This document shows positions 11,314 through 24,004 of a DNA stretch of 64,000 bases, in pieces (position 1 is the stretch's first letter; every line of letters begins with the position of its first letter). The translations under genes and the position numbers were made by a program. Below the pieces are notes generated by a model that did not search any database, was not told where the DNA came from, and saw only the letters and a list, made by a program, of their open reading frames with translations. This DNA is from Magallana gigas (Eukaryota): positions 29,946,001 to 30,010,000 of the forward strand of contig NC_088857.1 in assembly GCF_963853765.1 (NCBI RefSeq), read 5' to 3'.

Positions 11314-12487
11314 GAGAGATGATTTGAGACGAAGGAATTTACACAGTCAAAAATTCCCCCACTGACAACTAAGGCGAAAGGGGTGAAAAAAAAAAAGGGA
11401 GGGGCAAATATTTCACTGTATACAGTATATGTATAAATGATTTTGTTGATTTCCTTTGATTTACCTTATTCCTTATTGATAAAGCTAATTAATTAATTTA
11501 GAAAACACTCAACAGATTTCTTTGCAGACCTTCATCAGGTCCTAGCTCTCTCAAATACAATTTGACATATTATCAATACGGTACATATATATATATTATT
11601 CGATTTTCCATTTAAACTGTTGATCTGATGTTTTCAATTCCCATTACATAATTATCAAATAAGCAGAATCAAAAGAAAAACTGTTAAACAAAATGTAAAC
11701 ATACAACTGTTCCATTGATGGAATAAGGATTGAGTTACACAAAGAGAACACTTGATAACAATCTGTGCTAAATGTTTATGTACATAGGCTGTTGTTCATA
11801 TTATATAATCCTACCCTTTGGGTGTATCATCATATTTCTGATGTCAGAGAAAGATAAATTTTGTTGTATGTAGCATAAAGCGGATTCTATCATATTCAAC
11901 AAAGACGTCTTAACAATTAATGCATGGTGCATTTGTTTTCATTTTATCAATTATGAATTGCAGCGTCCATTTGAATAAGTTCTGCTAATGGTACATAATT
12001 TAAAAAATACACATGACCAATTTATGTAAAAAGGCAGCAGCAGTAAATATAGTATGGCATTTTTATAAAAAAAAAATCATGGTAAAAGTGAAATCATATA
12101 TAGCTTGCAATTATCATGGCATAGTTTGCTGTAAATCTGAACATTGTCCATAAACTCTGAACACAAAAAAACTGGGTTCTTCCTCTTACCCAATGCAACC
12201 TAGTGTACAAAATTTTGCCTACAGTGTGTGGCCAAACAGACAGATCCACAAAACCATTATTTAATATTTCTGTCTAAAGATGGACACAAAATTTTATATC
12301 ATAGTAAAGTAATTGGTAGTTTGTTGTACTTTTTAAAAAAATAACTCTGAGCCAAATCAAAATAAAGTTTTCCTGTAGCTTTACTATCAGGCAAAGGTAC
12401 TGCATACATAAAAGTACCAGTGAAGCCCAGTATGCCCATGAAATTTAAAACCTGTGCCCATGTTGACAATACGCAGTCCCCACTCAC

Positions 12488-12682
12488 ATTCTAGTTTGTC
12501 CTCCGGCCTCCCTGCTTCTAGTAGAGACAGAAAACAGACCAGGTCCTTCAGATAGATGTGGCCTGTTCGGATATCGCTGCTGCCGGAGCGTTTCTGCACC
12601 GACTTTAGCTCTACAGGGTTGACCCGAGGTAACGAGGAATTGGACTGAGGTATCCATGGATCTAAAGAATCTAATGAGTGAC
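12488..12682 (-). CDS. DGKB: DGK coding exon 5 (...HIYLKDLVCFLSLLEAGRPEDKLE)
   Basis: Acceptor tttgttccttgcag, donor AAT|GTGAGT; 195 nt, phase 1 to 1; hallmark LKDxVCxLSLLEAGRPEDKLE motif. Confidence 0.92.
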
Positions 12683-13162
12683 CTGCAAGGAACAAAGGAG
12701 CAAAAAAGATCAATCTTAAATCTGTAATGAAAAAAAATGTAAGTACATATACAATGGATGAACTCAACATGATGACAGAGCAATGGCATCCATGGAAACT
12801 TATACAGACATTTCTTTTCATTCAGCAAGATTTCCAGTTTATATTTATCTATTACATCAAAAGATCATGTCTGACTATAGCCTAAAATATTTAGAGAGTA
12901 TAAAATAAAATATTATCAAGTGCAAAACAATCCAAAAATTACATGGTGTTCAACATAAATTTTTAAGTGGTGATTTGATTGAATGCATGGTGTCTTGTTC
13001 CGCATTCAATTAATAGTTTGGGGTTGTTCATTGCAAATATCACTAATTTATACACATTTGAACAATAAATGCTTGGAACATAAAAAGCATGCTATATTAT
13101 GGAAGTGGTTATTGTACAATTTATAAAAGTGTAGCCACAGATTCTGAACATGATATAAATGA

Positions 13163-13396
13163 CTGTATACAGGGTTATTTCTGCCCTGCCTTTTTTGCCC
13201 TTCTTCACTTGCAATTGGTATGCCCCATCTTGATTTTGTCCAGACAATGTAATATAAGATACATACATTTTCTAAATAACACAGTAATTTAAGAATTGAT
13301 TTGAATTTGCCCAGTTTACTATTTGCCTAATGACAAGGAGGGTAAAGGGGGCAAAAATAAAATGGGGGCGAATATTTCCTGCTTGAATATGTACAG
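13163..13396. mobile_element. MITE (CTGTATACAGGG...GGGGCGAATATTT...TACAG)
   Basis: Terminal similarity to the outer element at 10902-11425. Confidence 0.6.
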
Positions 13397-13604
13397 TACA
13401 TTTGCTTTAGAAACAGAAATGTTTCAGGGAACAAATCTCATTGATTTGCTAGAAAAAAATATGGTTTTGTCTGAATTAAGTTTTGTTTTATATAATCAAT
13501 ATACCGGTATAACTATATTGAAGATATTTTGCTGGCAATTTAATAAAGTTGAAAATTAAATGTTATAAATGGAAAAAATAATATTTATTTTGGATTTTAT
13601 AGTA

Positions 13605-13779
13605 CAGTTGAACTTCAATATCTCGAACACCAATATCTCAAACACAATGGATTTGCCGTAAAAGTTTGTAAGTCCCAACCACTTATTTTTTCAGTGTTTT
13701 ACTCTCAATATCACGAATACTCAGATATCTTGAGGTTTTTAAACAGTCCCATCTAGTTTGTGATAACAAAGTTTGACTG
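13605..13779. mobile_element. TA-flanked MITE (CAGTTGAAC...GTTTGACTG), pogo/Tigger-like ends
   Basis: TIRs and TA duplication; homologous to 19269-19434. Confidence 0.8.
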
Positions 13780-13828
13780 TATTTGGTACTATTAGGGGAG
13801 TGGTTTTTGTGATTGGTGGACTGGTTAC

Positions 13829-13987
13829 CGTTATGATTGGAGTGTATACTGTGACTGGATTTCTTGGAGGATGAGCGTGAGTGAGTGGAGGCGTCCAGCT
13901 GGCTGTCATCTCGAGCCATCAAGGACTTCTCCAGGCCGGGGTTTGTTGTCATAGCAACAGATGTGTGAGTTGAAACAGAGGCAGAGC
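13829..13987 (-). CDS. DGKB: DGK coding exon 4 (Ser-rich linker, ...HSRSSSKKSSHS...)
   Basis: Acceptor gactgatttcag, donor ACG|GTAACC; 159 nt, phase 1 to 1. The SSKKSS motif resembles the Drosophila Dgk linker as I recall it. Confidence 0.8.
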
Positions 13988-16016
13988 CTGAAATCAGTCA
14001 AACTCAATATTAGCTATATTATTTATTGAATTAATGCCTGATAACTACTCTGAATATAAACTAACTACGACACTTACAAATCAATTCAAAAAATAAGATG
14101 AAATGCAAGTAATGGTTCATTAAAATAATAGTTGCATGTATATATATATATCATAATAAATTATATCAAGATCTAATATAATTCATGTTTCTATGTACAT
14201 GTATATCAAAATAGTATAAGTATATGCAAATTATCTTATATTTAAAAAACTATTTTACACAATTATTGAGTACCTTTTAACTAGTTGATTAACAATCAAT
14301 TCATTGACACTGAAGAAAATTTTCAGAAAACTGTAGATGAAAATTATTTCCTCAATAGATTTTTGAGTGTTTTGGAGAGTACCGGGTATATGAAAATGAT
14401 CAATTAGGAATTCTTCAAGTTCAATAAATAATACTCTTTTGGAAGATCAAATTGCATTCATGTAGCTTAATTGAATTTTTTTCTTCAAACTTTGCTGCTA
14501 TGTATGTATTTGAATATAATGTGAAAACTTTAATTAAATCTAGATAATTTCTTATGAAAATTTTTCCATAATTCTCCAATACACTATAATTTAGCTAATC
14601 TGCAAAATTAGGAGAGATATATACAAAATGTATAGAAATATAGTGTTGTAAAGGATATTAATTACAATATCAATATTTTCAATTAAATTTGAATTTATTT
14701 TAATATACATTGTAGTCTCACTCCAATAATGATTAGTATTACCCTAGTTCTCAAATTAAATTATTATTGAAATAAATAAGGCAGCTTCACATATTTAGAG
14801 AATTTAGATAATGAAGTAATTTAGAAAAAGAGAATATTTATCAATTTGTAAATTGCTCAAAATTGAAGCAAAAGAGCTAGAATACCATTCTTATGTGAAA
14901 AATGTAACAGCATCAATATTGAATGCCACTAATAAAAAATAATTAATACACCATTATTTCCAAGTTTTATCAGAGACTTTCTTAGAATTGGTGACCACCA
15001 TATCTCAAGTTGAAATGTGCCATAAACTAATAAACGCCTTCTTATTGCATCGGCCTAATCCAATAACGGCTTCCCAATGAGGCAAAAACTTGGCAAAGAA
15101 AAGCATTGGAGAGTGACCAGAATGTATTGTCCCGCATTTAGTTATCTCTTCATGCAAATGTTCCATACATCTATTGACTCCCATAATCTAGTTGCAATCA
15201 AGTACAACGCAAATAGAATTAGACTTTCTATTTTCCGCCAAAGATGCTTCCAGAATTAAGTTTATGAAAATGTCAAAGGTGAAATCAGCCGATTCAGTGG
15301 TGCACCAATTCCTCAGAGTGCTTTCCAAGCCGTCGCAGGCTCCCAAATGTCACTGGAGCAATTGTGATTGCCCTAAAAACCCGAAAGCCGCAAACTGCGC
15401 CCCAAGCGCTGATGGGAATGTCACAAGACATCAGACCCTACATCATCCCATGTTATACATCAAACAGTTTTTCATCAAATCTATTCACACACAAAAAGCA
15501 AATGACACAAATCAAGGCAAGTGAAGACCCAGAGAAGGGAGGGCGAAAAAAAAAAAAATAAAGACGAAAAAAAAAAAATCAGACTGTCGACTGAAGAGAC
15601 GGGGAAATGATTGACTTCTTGGGCTTATGTTCTTATCCAGACACATTGTCCCTGCTGTACAATCACAATTCATCTCACAGACATATTGGTAGGGTGATTT
15701 GTGTTAGAATATCAAGACAGATTAGGTGATGCTGAATTACAGCAAGCAATCACACAAGGCTACCACAACACCAAATAGTTTCCCCGTTTTATCTGTGAAT
15801 TACGTGATCTGTGAATTACGTGAGCGAGCACACAGATTTACAAATGATTTGGTGGCCTTTATGCTGAAAGGACATCATGATAATTCCAAAATGCTATCTA
15901 TGATTTTATAAACATATACATATTTTTCCTTGTCATGACTGTCCATAATGATGTTACTAAAAATAATTTGCCTGTGTCGTAAATGAACAATCATTTTGTT
16001 CAAACTCACTTGCATG

Positions 16017-16602
16017 TTAAAGAACTATATATGATTAGAGTTAAATTTGGCCCCCATAATTCGCCATTTTTTAAGTGCTTCGGGTACAATAAAATGTTAA
16101 CTAATTTTTTATAAGAGTTGATATTAAATATATTTTTTATCTATTTATTTGATTTATTTGCACTCACTGGCAGTATATGACGTCAGAAGTGACGCCATTT
16201 CTATAATTCAATCAAAATCAGCCAAAAATTGACATTTTTCTTATCTATTTACGAATGGGAAATATAGAGGGCATGCTTGAACAAGGAAAAAAATTTTGTC
16301 ACTCTTTAGTCTTGGCTAAATACATCTCTGATTGAAATATTTTATTTGTTCAAGAATGCGCTCTATGTTTTCGGAAGGAAAAACTGCTTGAAAACAAGCT
16401 GTTTTACGCTAAAAATGCAAAAATGGCGGGAAAAGGTTGTCTTTACGATGTCATATTCCTAAATTGTGTGCACTTGAACCAAAATGAATATTATGCAAAC
16501 ACATCACATACATATCTGTACTAATAAAACAAAGAATGATAGTAAAATGATGATGTTCATTTTAGGGGGCCATTTTAGGCCCATATCATATATACTCCTT
16601 TG
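16017..16602. mobile_element. Non-autonomous DNA transposon with about 40-bp imperfect TIRs
   Basis: Left AAAGAACTATATATGATT...TTGGCCCCC versus the reverse complement of the right end, AAAGGAGTATATATGATATGGGCCTAAAATGGCCCCC. Confidence 0.6.
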
Positions 16603-16969
16603 TTTTAAGCATTTGAAGAAAGGTGAAAAAAGTTCAAGGCACACAAACACACACATGTTCATTACTCACTAGATGTAATTCAATTTAAAATTCATAGATG
16701 TACTTCATCATCACTTTTACCTTAACAGGTTTTAGGCATTTGGAAAAGGTGAATTGAAAAAAAAAATTTCAAAAGATGTTTCAAGTTAATTGTTCCAATA
16801 ATTAAAAAAGATTTCTTAAACGTAATCTAATTGATCCCAAAATATATAAATATCATCAATTTACAAATTTGTACACAATACCAAAACTGTTAATATTGTA
16901 ATCCACTACCTTCTGGGGAAGGGTGAATATATAATTCTTTAAATCTTAAATAAAAAATTCATTTCCAAA

Positions 16970-17948
16970 TTAAGGTAGACCTATACTCGGCACTAAATGG
17001 GCTCAATCATTAAAAGCTTAGCTTTAAATGATAAATATACATTCTAGCAATACATATACAAAAGAAAATATGTATGTTTACATGCTAGTTTGTTTGTTAT
17101 CACCTCTCAGACGGGTGTACCCCCTTGCGAAAATTATTGACAATTATGAAATTTGCCAGACGTCCGTTTTTCCTAAAAATAATTACCAATTTTGGGAAAA
17201 TTAGAACTGAACATACAAAATATAGTATAAATATTTATTTAAGCCATATCTCATCAATAATTTTGCGCAAATTTTTGTAAGTAAGTACGCTTTATGGACC
17301 TGATGTATCAAAATAGAATACAAAAAATGCAATGCTAGTATCGCGTTTGGTAATTTTTTTACTATTTTATGGACTCAAACTTAAATTCATGGTGTTTATT
17401 CTATAGATTGACATCTTAGAAAAAAGATTTTGTAAATTAAATGATATGTTGACGGATTACTTTTCACGCTATAAGATCTAAACCAAGTAGTCCCTGACGA
17501 AAAAATCCGTAAAAATCACATTTTGCTACAGTTTTCTGCCTATATCTGTCAACAATGTTAGATGTCATTTAAACATTAATTAATTGACGATTGATTAAAA
17601 TCGAAATAGCTTCTGTCTCTAAATTTAAACCGGTTTTAGTAAAAGAAAAAGAAAAATTCGGGGGGGGGGGGGGGGGTCAAAATAAAGAAGATATAAGCAT
17701 ACCTGAGATCCTGGTTAATCAGAAACTTCGTTTTTCATTTTACTTAAACAGAATCGAGTTTCTCAACATGTATCATTTCTATCTCTCATAGAATACATAT
17801 ATTACCGTTCTAATTGCTTATTATTGCCATTGCTTACAACAGCGATGTAGAGCAAAATCAATACCGGGTATCAAAAACGCTTTGTAAAAGTCGAACCAAT
17901 ATTGTAAATTCCGTATTATGACGTAGTGCGATACTCGGACTACTTTAA
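16970..17948. mobile_element. TTAA-flanked element with degenerate TIRs
   Basis: TTAAGGTAGACC...GCACTA versus the reverse complement of the right end, TTAAAGTAGTCC...GCACTA. Confidence 0.55.
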
Positions 17949-18091
17949 ATGCAAATTTTTAACTTTTCAGTTGAAATTGAACACATCATAATAAAATATA
18001 AATCAAGGTAAGAGTTCAGCACATTAAAGTTAAGTTATTTCAAATTTTAATATTGAAAAATAGGTTCAAAATTTCTTTTGAAGGCGAAAAA

Positions 18092-18160
18092 TTGTGAAAG
18101 CCTCAGCTGGCCTTGACCTTACAAAAAAGTTGTGAAAACCTCAGCTGGACTTGACCTTAC
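18092..18160. repeat. 38-bp-period direct repeat
   Basis: TTGTGAAA(G/A)CCTCAGCTGG(C/A)CTTGACCTTAC at 18092 and 18130. Confidence 0.8.
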
Positions 18161-19268
18161 GACACACAGATCACAAAACTTACCTTCTGTTATGCATTTT
18201 TATATAAAGAAATCATGAAGAATCAAAAAGATGAGGCAGTAAGGGTTTATCTTTATTGTTTACTTTTTACTGTAAGTACTGTTTCCTGTTAATGGATATG
18301 CTTTATTCCATTGTATTTTTCAAATGGAATCTATAAGTTAAAACACGTCCTGTAGAAAATTTTAACCATTCACTCAATATAAGACAGTTATAATCAGTAA
18401 TCTTAAATTTATGATAAAAAAAGAAGTTTTAACAGTGATGGAAAATTTCATTTCACTTCTAAATGTAGTAATAAGTTTTTATCTTTCCATTTATTTTCTT
18501 GATTTGTTATTTTGGTTTCTGCTTTTTTTTGTTTGGGGGATGGGGATCAAAGTCCAACAATGATCTGAAATAGTACAAATCAAATGGGTTCATGAATGCC
18601 AACCATATCTTCTGTATCACCAGTGAAGCTAAGTACTAACTGCAAATATTATTAGTATGGCGACAGGAAACAAAAGCCAGCATTAGGATATATCAAGAGG
18701 AGTGACAGACAGTTATGCAGGAATTCCACTCCAAAGCAAAGGCACTATAGTCAACAACTTAAAGGTTGTATGGAAGAATTTGTTAATTCAGGTACATTAC
18801 TAATGTAAGTAATCAGAGAGAGAGAGAGAGGTATAACACTAATTAAGTTGATAATTATGGAGTTACCATTCTCGTTTGAAGGTACATCAACGGACATACA
18901 TTCTGAAAGCACAACAACATGGACTTGAGTCAATACATGTATACACATTAAATTACAATAAAATACTATATCTAAAATTACGTACAATTAAATACAGCAT
19001 TACCTGTTTAATCAACACATACATGTTTTTCATATGCACATAACCATAATTTTGAAGGTCTCAGACCTTGTAATAAAATAAGTTTGTTTTCATTGATTTC
19101 AGATTAGAAAGGTTTTGAAGGAGTATATTTAAAAAATAAACAGGTTCTACTGTATTTTTTCAGCAATACAACATTCAACATTTTAACATGCATTCTCTTT
19201 TTTCCCCTCATATTAAATATCTATCCTTTTTTTATACAACTTTTGCTTTTTGAATAATAAAGAATATA

Positions 19269-19434
19269 CAGTTGAACTTCGTTATCTCGAACACTGATGT
19301 CTTGAATACAATGGATATGTCAAAGTGATTTGTAAGTCCTAAGCACATATTAACGATTTTACCTTCGATATCTTGAATATTCGAATATCTTGAAGTTTTT
19401 AAACAGTCTATTTCGAGAAAATGAAGTTTGACTG
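19269..19434. mobile_element. Second copy of the CAGTTGAAC MITE
   Basis: Alignable by eye to 13605-13779. A partial relative starts near 55054. Confidence 0.8.
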
Positions 19435-20653
19435 TATATTCATTTGCTAATATTTTATAAAAAAAATCATCAACATATATATCATGATGATCTTCTTTCG
19501 GAGAATATGGCAATAATATTGAATCCATGCTTGAAAGCCCAGCCATAATATTCCTCTGACAGTATCAATCAATAACCCTGCACAAAACCACCATAAAAAG
19601 CCTAGCAGTTCACCTTACTGCACGCACAATAAGATTTCAAATCTGTGCACAAAATGACTCTAATCTGAACTCTCCATCCATAAACCTACCCTACCGAGGG
19701 CAAACAGGAGACAAAATCAACAGCCTATCTGACATTTCCACCGGGGCAGCGAGTTTATCATATGAAACCTGACACCAATGAAACTAGTCGTTCTGAAAGT
19801 AACGTTACGGAAATATTTTATTATATAACGCTTGATCAAATAACAACACACTTTCTCACTTTAATCAAAATGCCCATCAAATATATATAAATGCAATACC
19901 TAGCATGCATTTAAGTATTAACAAAGCATTATCAAATTCAACCAAAACAACTACTATACACTAAAATTTCTTGAAGACTTTGAGAAGCATGCATTAATTA
20001 GTATTCTGATAATGGTATTTCAATACCCACTACTGCATTTGTTAAATCATAGAGTAATGGAAGGATCTTCATTAATTAGTTTAAGATTCATTATCTTATA
20101 TTTGATGCTGCTTTTTGGTTTTTAAATGTGTGGATGAAACAAAGTCAATATACTGTAGCAAAACTTGTCACATTGAAATGACCTAGATTGAATCATGTCT
20201 ACAGTAATAACACAGGAGGCCCTTATTATCTTACATGGACAATGATTTGAAAGGCTATAAACATTATGAAGTTCTTTTGTTTGTACCCTATAAGGCTCAT
20301 AACCAACAAGCGGTTGAGAAAAAAAATTCTGGAACGAGATTCATAAACAATATAAGGACATCATATGATCCATGGTTAAGACCACACCCTAATCAGAGAG
20401 AAAGAAAGAAAGAGAGAAAGAGAGAGATAGAGTGAGTGTGTAATAAGTAAGCCATTTAAAATACAGCAGAATCGGATGATATGATATATTATATATATAT
20501 AAATATATATGACAAAAGGAAAATAAAATAACGGCCACAGTGTATCCATCACAACAATCATCAGGCAGCAAATCAACAGCACAAACTGAGAGCTACCCAC
20601 AACACCAGGGGGCCACCATGCAAGCCCCGGGATGATTGACAGGTTCCTGGTAC

Positions 20654-21038
20654 CTGCTCGACTCCGCCTCCCTAGTTCACCACTCCCGCTATCATGGCGA
20701 CTATGGCCCAGCCCGTGGAGACTAAGTTTTTCAGTTAAGCCGTGGAGTTTTTCAGCCAGTCCTGAGTGGTGCCTATCTTTTTCAACCAGAATTTCAGTTC
20801 CCAAATGTGTAATGGGGGCACAAACAGTCTGTGATGCGGTGACTGCCGCCACATCCTTCAGATGTAGATCCTTACCCACATCCTTCAGATGTAGATCCTT
20901 ACCCACAGTTTGCGGCGCCGGCACCGCTTGTGAAGGCTTCTTCATGAAGGAGTAGAAAAGGTGTTTGCATAGTTCCTCTGGCAATTCAGCATCCAGGTAC
21001 GTCTCCATAAACAGCACGAAACAGTCATACCCAATTGG
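20654..21038 (-). CDS. DGKB: DGK coding exon 3 (PIGYDCFVLFMETYLDAELPEELCKHLFYSF...RRSRAG)
   Basis: Acceptor ctgatttcag; 385 nt, phase 0 to 1; lies within ORF 20376..21017. The donor CAG|GTACCA was chosen for phase compatibility; alternative donors are discussed in findings. Confidence 0.85.
20849..20906. repeat. Perfect in-frame 27-nt tandem duplication inside DGK exon 3 (VGKDLHLKD x2)
   Basis: CACATCCTTCAGATGTAGATCCTTACC occurs at 20850 and 20877. Confidence 0.97.
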
Positions 21039-21288
21039 CTGAAATCAGGTATAAAGAAATACACTCATAAACAGTTCTATAAATATAAAATATAAATGAT
21101 TTCACGTTGAAATTATTTTAACATTAGTATTCATCTAACAGTTACCATTTGAACAACACATCTCCTTACAGATATGTTATTCAATCTTTTGGAAGGATAT
21201 TATTTTTTTTTTTCTTTTTTAAGTTCTTTCATGCAAATTTAAATCTAAAAAGAACAGACCCCCTAAAAGAAAAATCAATTCAACAAAC

Positions 21289-21365
21289 CTCATCTTGGTT
21301 GTATTTGGATAAGCAGCCATCACCATTGAATTCCTCTAGGACATCTTTTAACTTCTTCGAAGAGT
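21289..21365 (-). CDS. DGKB: DGK coding exon 2 (YSSKKLKDVLEEFNGDGCLSKYNQDE)
   Basis: Acceptor tttttatcattccag, donor GAG|GTTTGT; 77 nt, phase 1 to 0; conserved YSxKKLKDVLEEF motif. Confidence 0.93.
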
Positions 21366-21834
21366 CTGGAATGATAAAAAAGACAATTTTAAATACACGA
21401 TTAAAAACACAATTTCTGTTTTCAACTCTCTAGAATGAAAGAATCATTAAAAATAGTCTCATCGCAGTTAGTCATTAGAATAAAATCTGTGTTCTGCAGA
21501 CTTAAATCTTAAATATCTTCAACACTAGACCACAATTGAATTTAACTTAATTAAAAAGAGCATCTTTTTTTCCCATACAGTCTCAGTATACTGAAAAAAT
21601 TTACCACACAGTTCATACATCTACCAAGCCCATTTCAAACCTCCATCAAAGGGTCATGGGAAAAAATGGTTAGTGTACTCATCTAAATAGTTTAAAGGTG
21701 CATGAGTTGTAAATGTGGTTTGACCATAATATATAAAAATTTGCAAGGGGATTGGGCTGATGAAAATAATTCCCTTTACCTTCTCATTTCAAAGGTATGT
21801 ATGTGTATGGCTTTTAGCTAGATGTTGAGTTTGC

Positions 21835-21836
<2 letters not shown>

Positions 21837-21879
<43 letters not shown>
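21837..21879. repeat. (GA)n microsatellite
   Basis: Direct reading. Confidence 0.95.
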
Positions 21880-21880
<1 letters not shown>

Positions 21881-21999
21881 CTTTTTTGTCCTCAAAGGAA
21901 TATAATGCAGCCATATTTGAATTGACAATATAGGGTGGTTTTTTTCAAAGTTCTCAATAGAGACATCCAGCACATCATAATCTGCTAGATCTGACTTAC

Positions 22000-22105
22000 C
22001 CAACTCTATCCACTTATTAAACATATATTTCAAAATATCCGAGCCCAGTGAACGGAAATCCATTGTCCATCCACCACAAATGCATTTTACTCCCACTGTC
22101 ACCAT
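22000..22105 (-). CDS. DGKB: Candidate alternative first coding exon of DGK (MVTVGVKCICGGWTMDFRSLGSDILKYMFNKWIEL)
   Basis: ORF 21818..22105 contains a strong donor TTGG|GTAAGT at 21999 in phase 1, which joins exon 21365 in frame (G+AC = Asp). Confidence 0.45.
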
Positions 22106-24004
22106 AACATAAAGGAAAGCTTATTGTAAATTTACAACAACGTCATCCCTGGGTTTTTTTTTATAAAATGTTTACATGTGCTTGACATGTACTTTGATTA
22201 CATATGTATACACTCCAGAGGAGCACTTCAAAACGCGACAACGCAACATATCTACATCACACGAGTGTCATCCAAATGTTTGTTTTTCCAGCACACTTTA
22301 TGCACTTAAAAGTTCCAAAGGATTACAAATGCTCGATTCTGCAAACAAGTGACAACCTCTACCATTATTTTGTGTAGAAGAGATGTTTTTTAAAACAACA
22401 TTTTTGCTTGGTTATTTCCTTGTGTGCATGTCCGGAACTGAGTGACAAACTTCCTTCAATTTCCCCAGCCACCACACTTAACAACTTCATATTCCTTTTC
22501 AATGAGGGCTCTTTACTCTTCATCCGGTCTTCCTGAGCTCTTCTGAGCATTCCATTGACCCTCCTATCTCAGTAATAAAGAATTTTAAGGGCCAGGCATT
22601 CAAAACGAGGAAATAAGGAATTATCTCCCTTGAAAGAGTTGTTTTGCCATCTTAACACAAAGAAAAATATGATAATTTGTAATGAAAATTGATCATAACC
22701 AAATGCATATAGACACTATTATACCTCTCCCCCCCCTCCCCCCCCCCCCCCAAAAAAAAATTGTACCAAATGGGAAACTGACGTATGACACATGTATGAC
22801 AAATAAACAAACATACTATATAAAAAAAACCCATGATAATAAAACTGAAATACATTCACTTTTTTAATGATGAGATTACCACTTAAATTACAAGCAAAAC
22901 TATTTCAGATTTTTTCCCCTAAAAGCTGCAAATGGAGGCAAATCTTTATGAAAATGTATTAAAGTGTGTATGCTTTTGAAAGAGGCAGAGGACCTCGTAA
23001 AGCTCTATCAAAACAAGATGTATCGGAGCCAGTAAATCAGCCTAGCCATTAGGCCACAATTTGAAGGACAGAGAATTGAGAGAATTAATGACTCAAGGTA
23101 TTCCTTATCTCCGCAGCTTAAAAAGACCATGAGCTCCACAAATCCAGCCACATAGTTTTATACACAGACGGATAGCAATTTTAATCCCGTCCATTAAAAG
23201 GCAAGGATCTATATCCAAAACCTTTCTAGCAAATTGCTCACCAGTTAAACAAAAAAAAAAAAAAAATCAATTACATAAATGATCACGACGAAATATATTT
23301 AGAAACTTTTTCCCCTGTCAACTGAGTTTTTTCAAATATCGGTAAATGACTAGAAACAGGGCCGAATCTTTGGGATTCATTGGATTAACCAGGCACCATT
23401 AATGTGGTTAACCAGGATGCCACATTTATACGTTCCCTGATGATGATTGCTGTGTACACACATGAAAAGGTAACATGACTGCACAAGAGTATGAAGCTTA
23501 TAATACTGAGCTTTGTCTCTTTTTTCATCCACCTGCATTCCTTTTTTTTTGGTTTTTATTAGGGAACACACACATATATCATACTAAGATATAGCTCTTT
23601 TCAAACCATTCTAACCCTCTATTTCTCCCTTTGAATTAAAAAGACTTCTTTTAAGGACAACAGTTGGGAGTGGGAATGACATTGTGAGCCATTTTTTTGT
23701 GTGAATACAACATTAGCAGAACTCAGGAGTCAAAGATTTTGATAATTTGTATTTTGCACAGTATATAGGCATGATTGTTAATTGCTAAATTGATATATAT
23801 TTTAACTGTAGCCATTTTGGTCATGACGAACATGAATACTGTATATCAAAGCAATTTCATGGTGTTGATTATTTGTATGCCTGGATAAACATGGTGAACT
23901 GTATAGTAGAAATGATGAGTGTTTGAGTACACAGGCACATTGTAGTATGCATGAGTATGAATGACATAATGAGCATATTGTAAGAAAGAACACAAGTTGG
24001 TTTA

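Larger units (their letters stand above)
10902..11425. mobile_element. TA-type MITE (...GGGGCAAATATTTCACTGTATACAG) interrupted by a TTAA element
   Basis: Same family as 13163-13396 and the fragment near 50845-50960. Confidence 0.6.

Noticed and set aside
13683-13828. C-terminal half of ORF 13683..13952
   Set aside because: Read-through beyond the donor at 13828 into intron and a MITE (the same DCLKTSRY text appears in ORF 19232..19546).
18185-18187. Possible 3-nt microexon (cag|AAG|gtaagt) in DGK intron 3
   Set aside because: Strong donor but no adjacent pyrimidine tract; cannot be distinguished from chance without reads.
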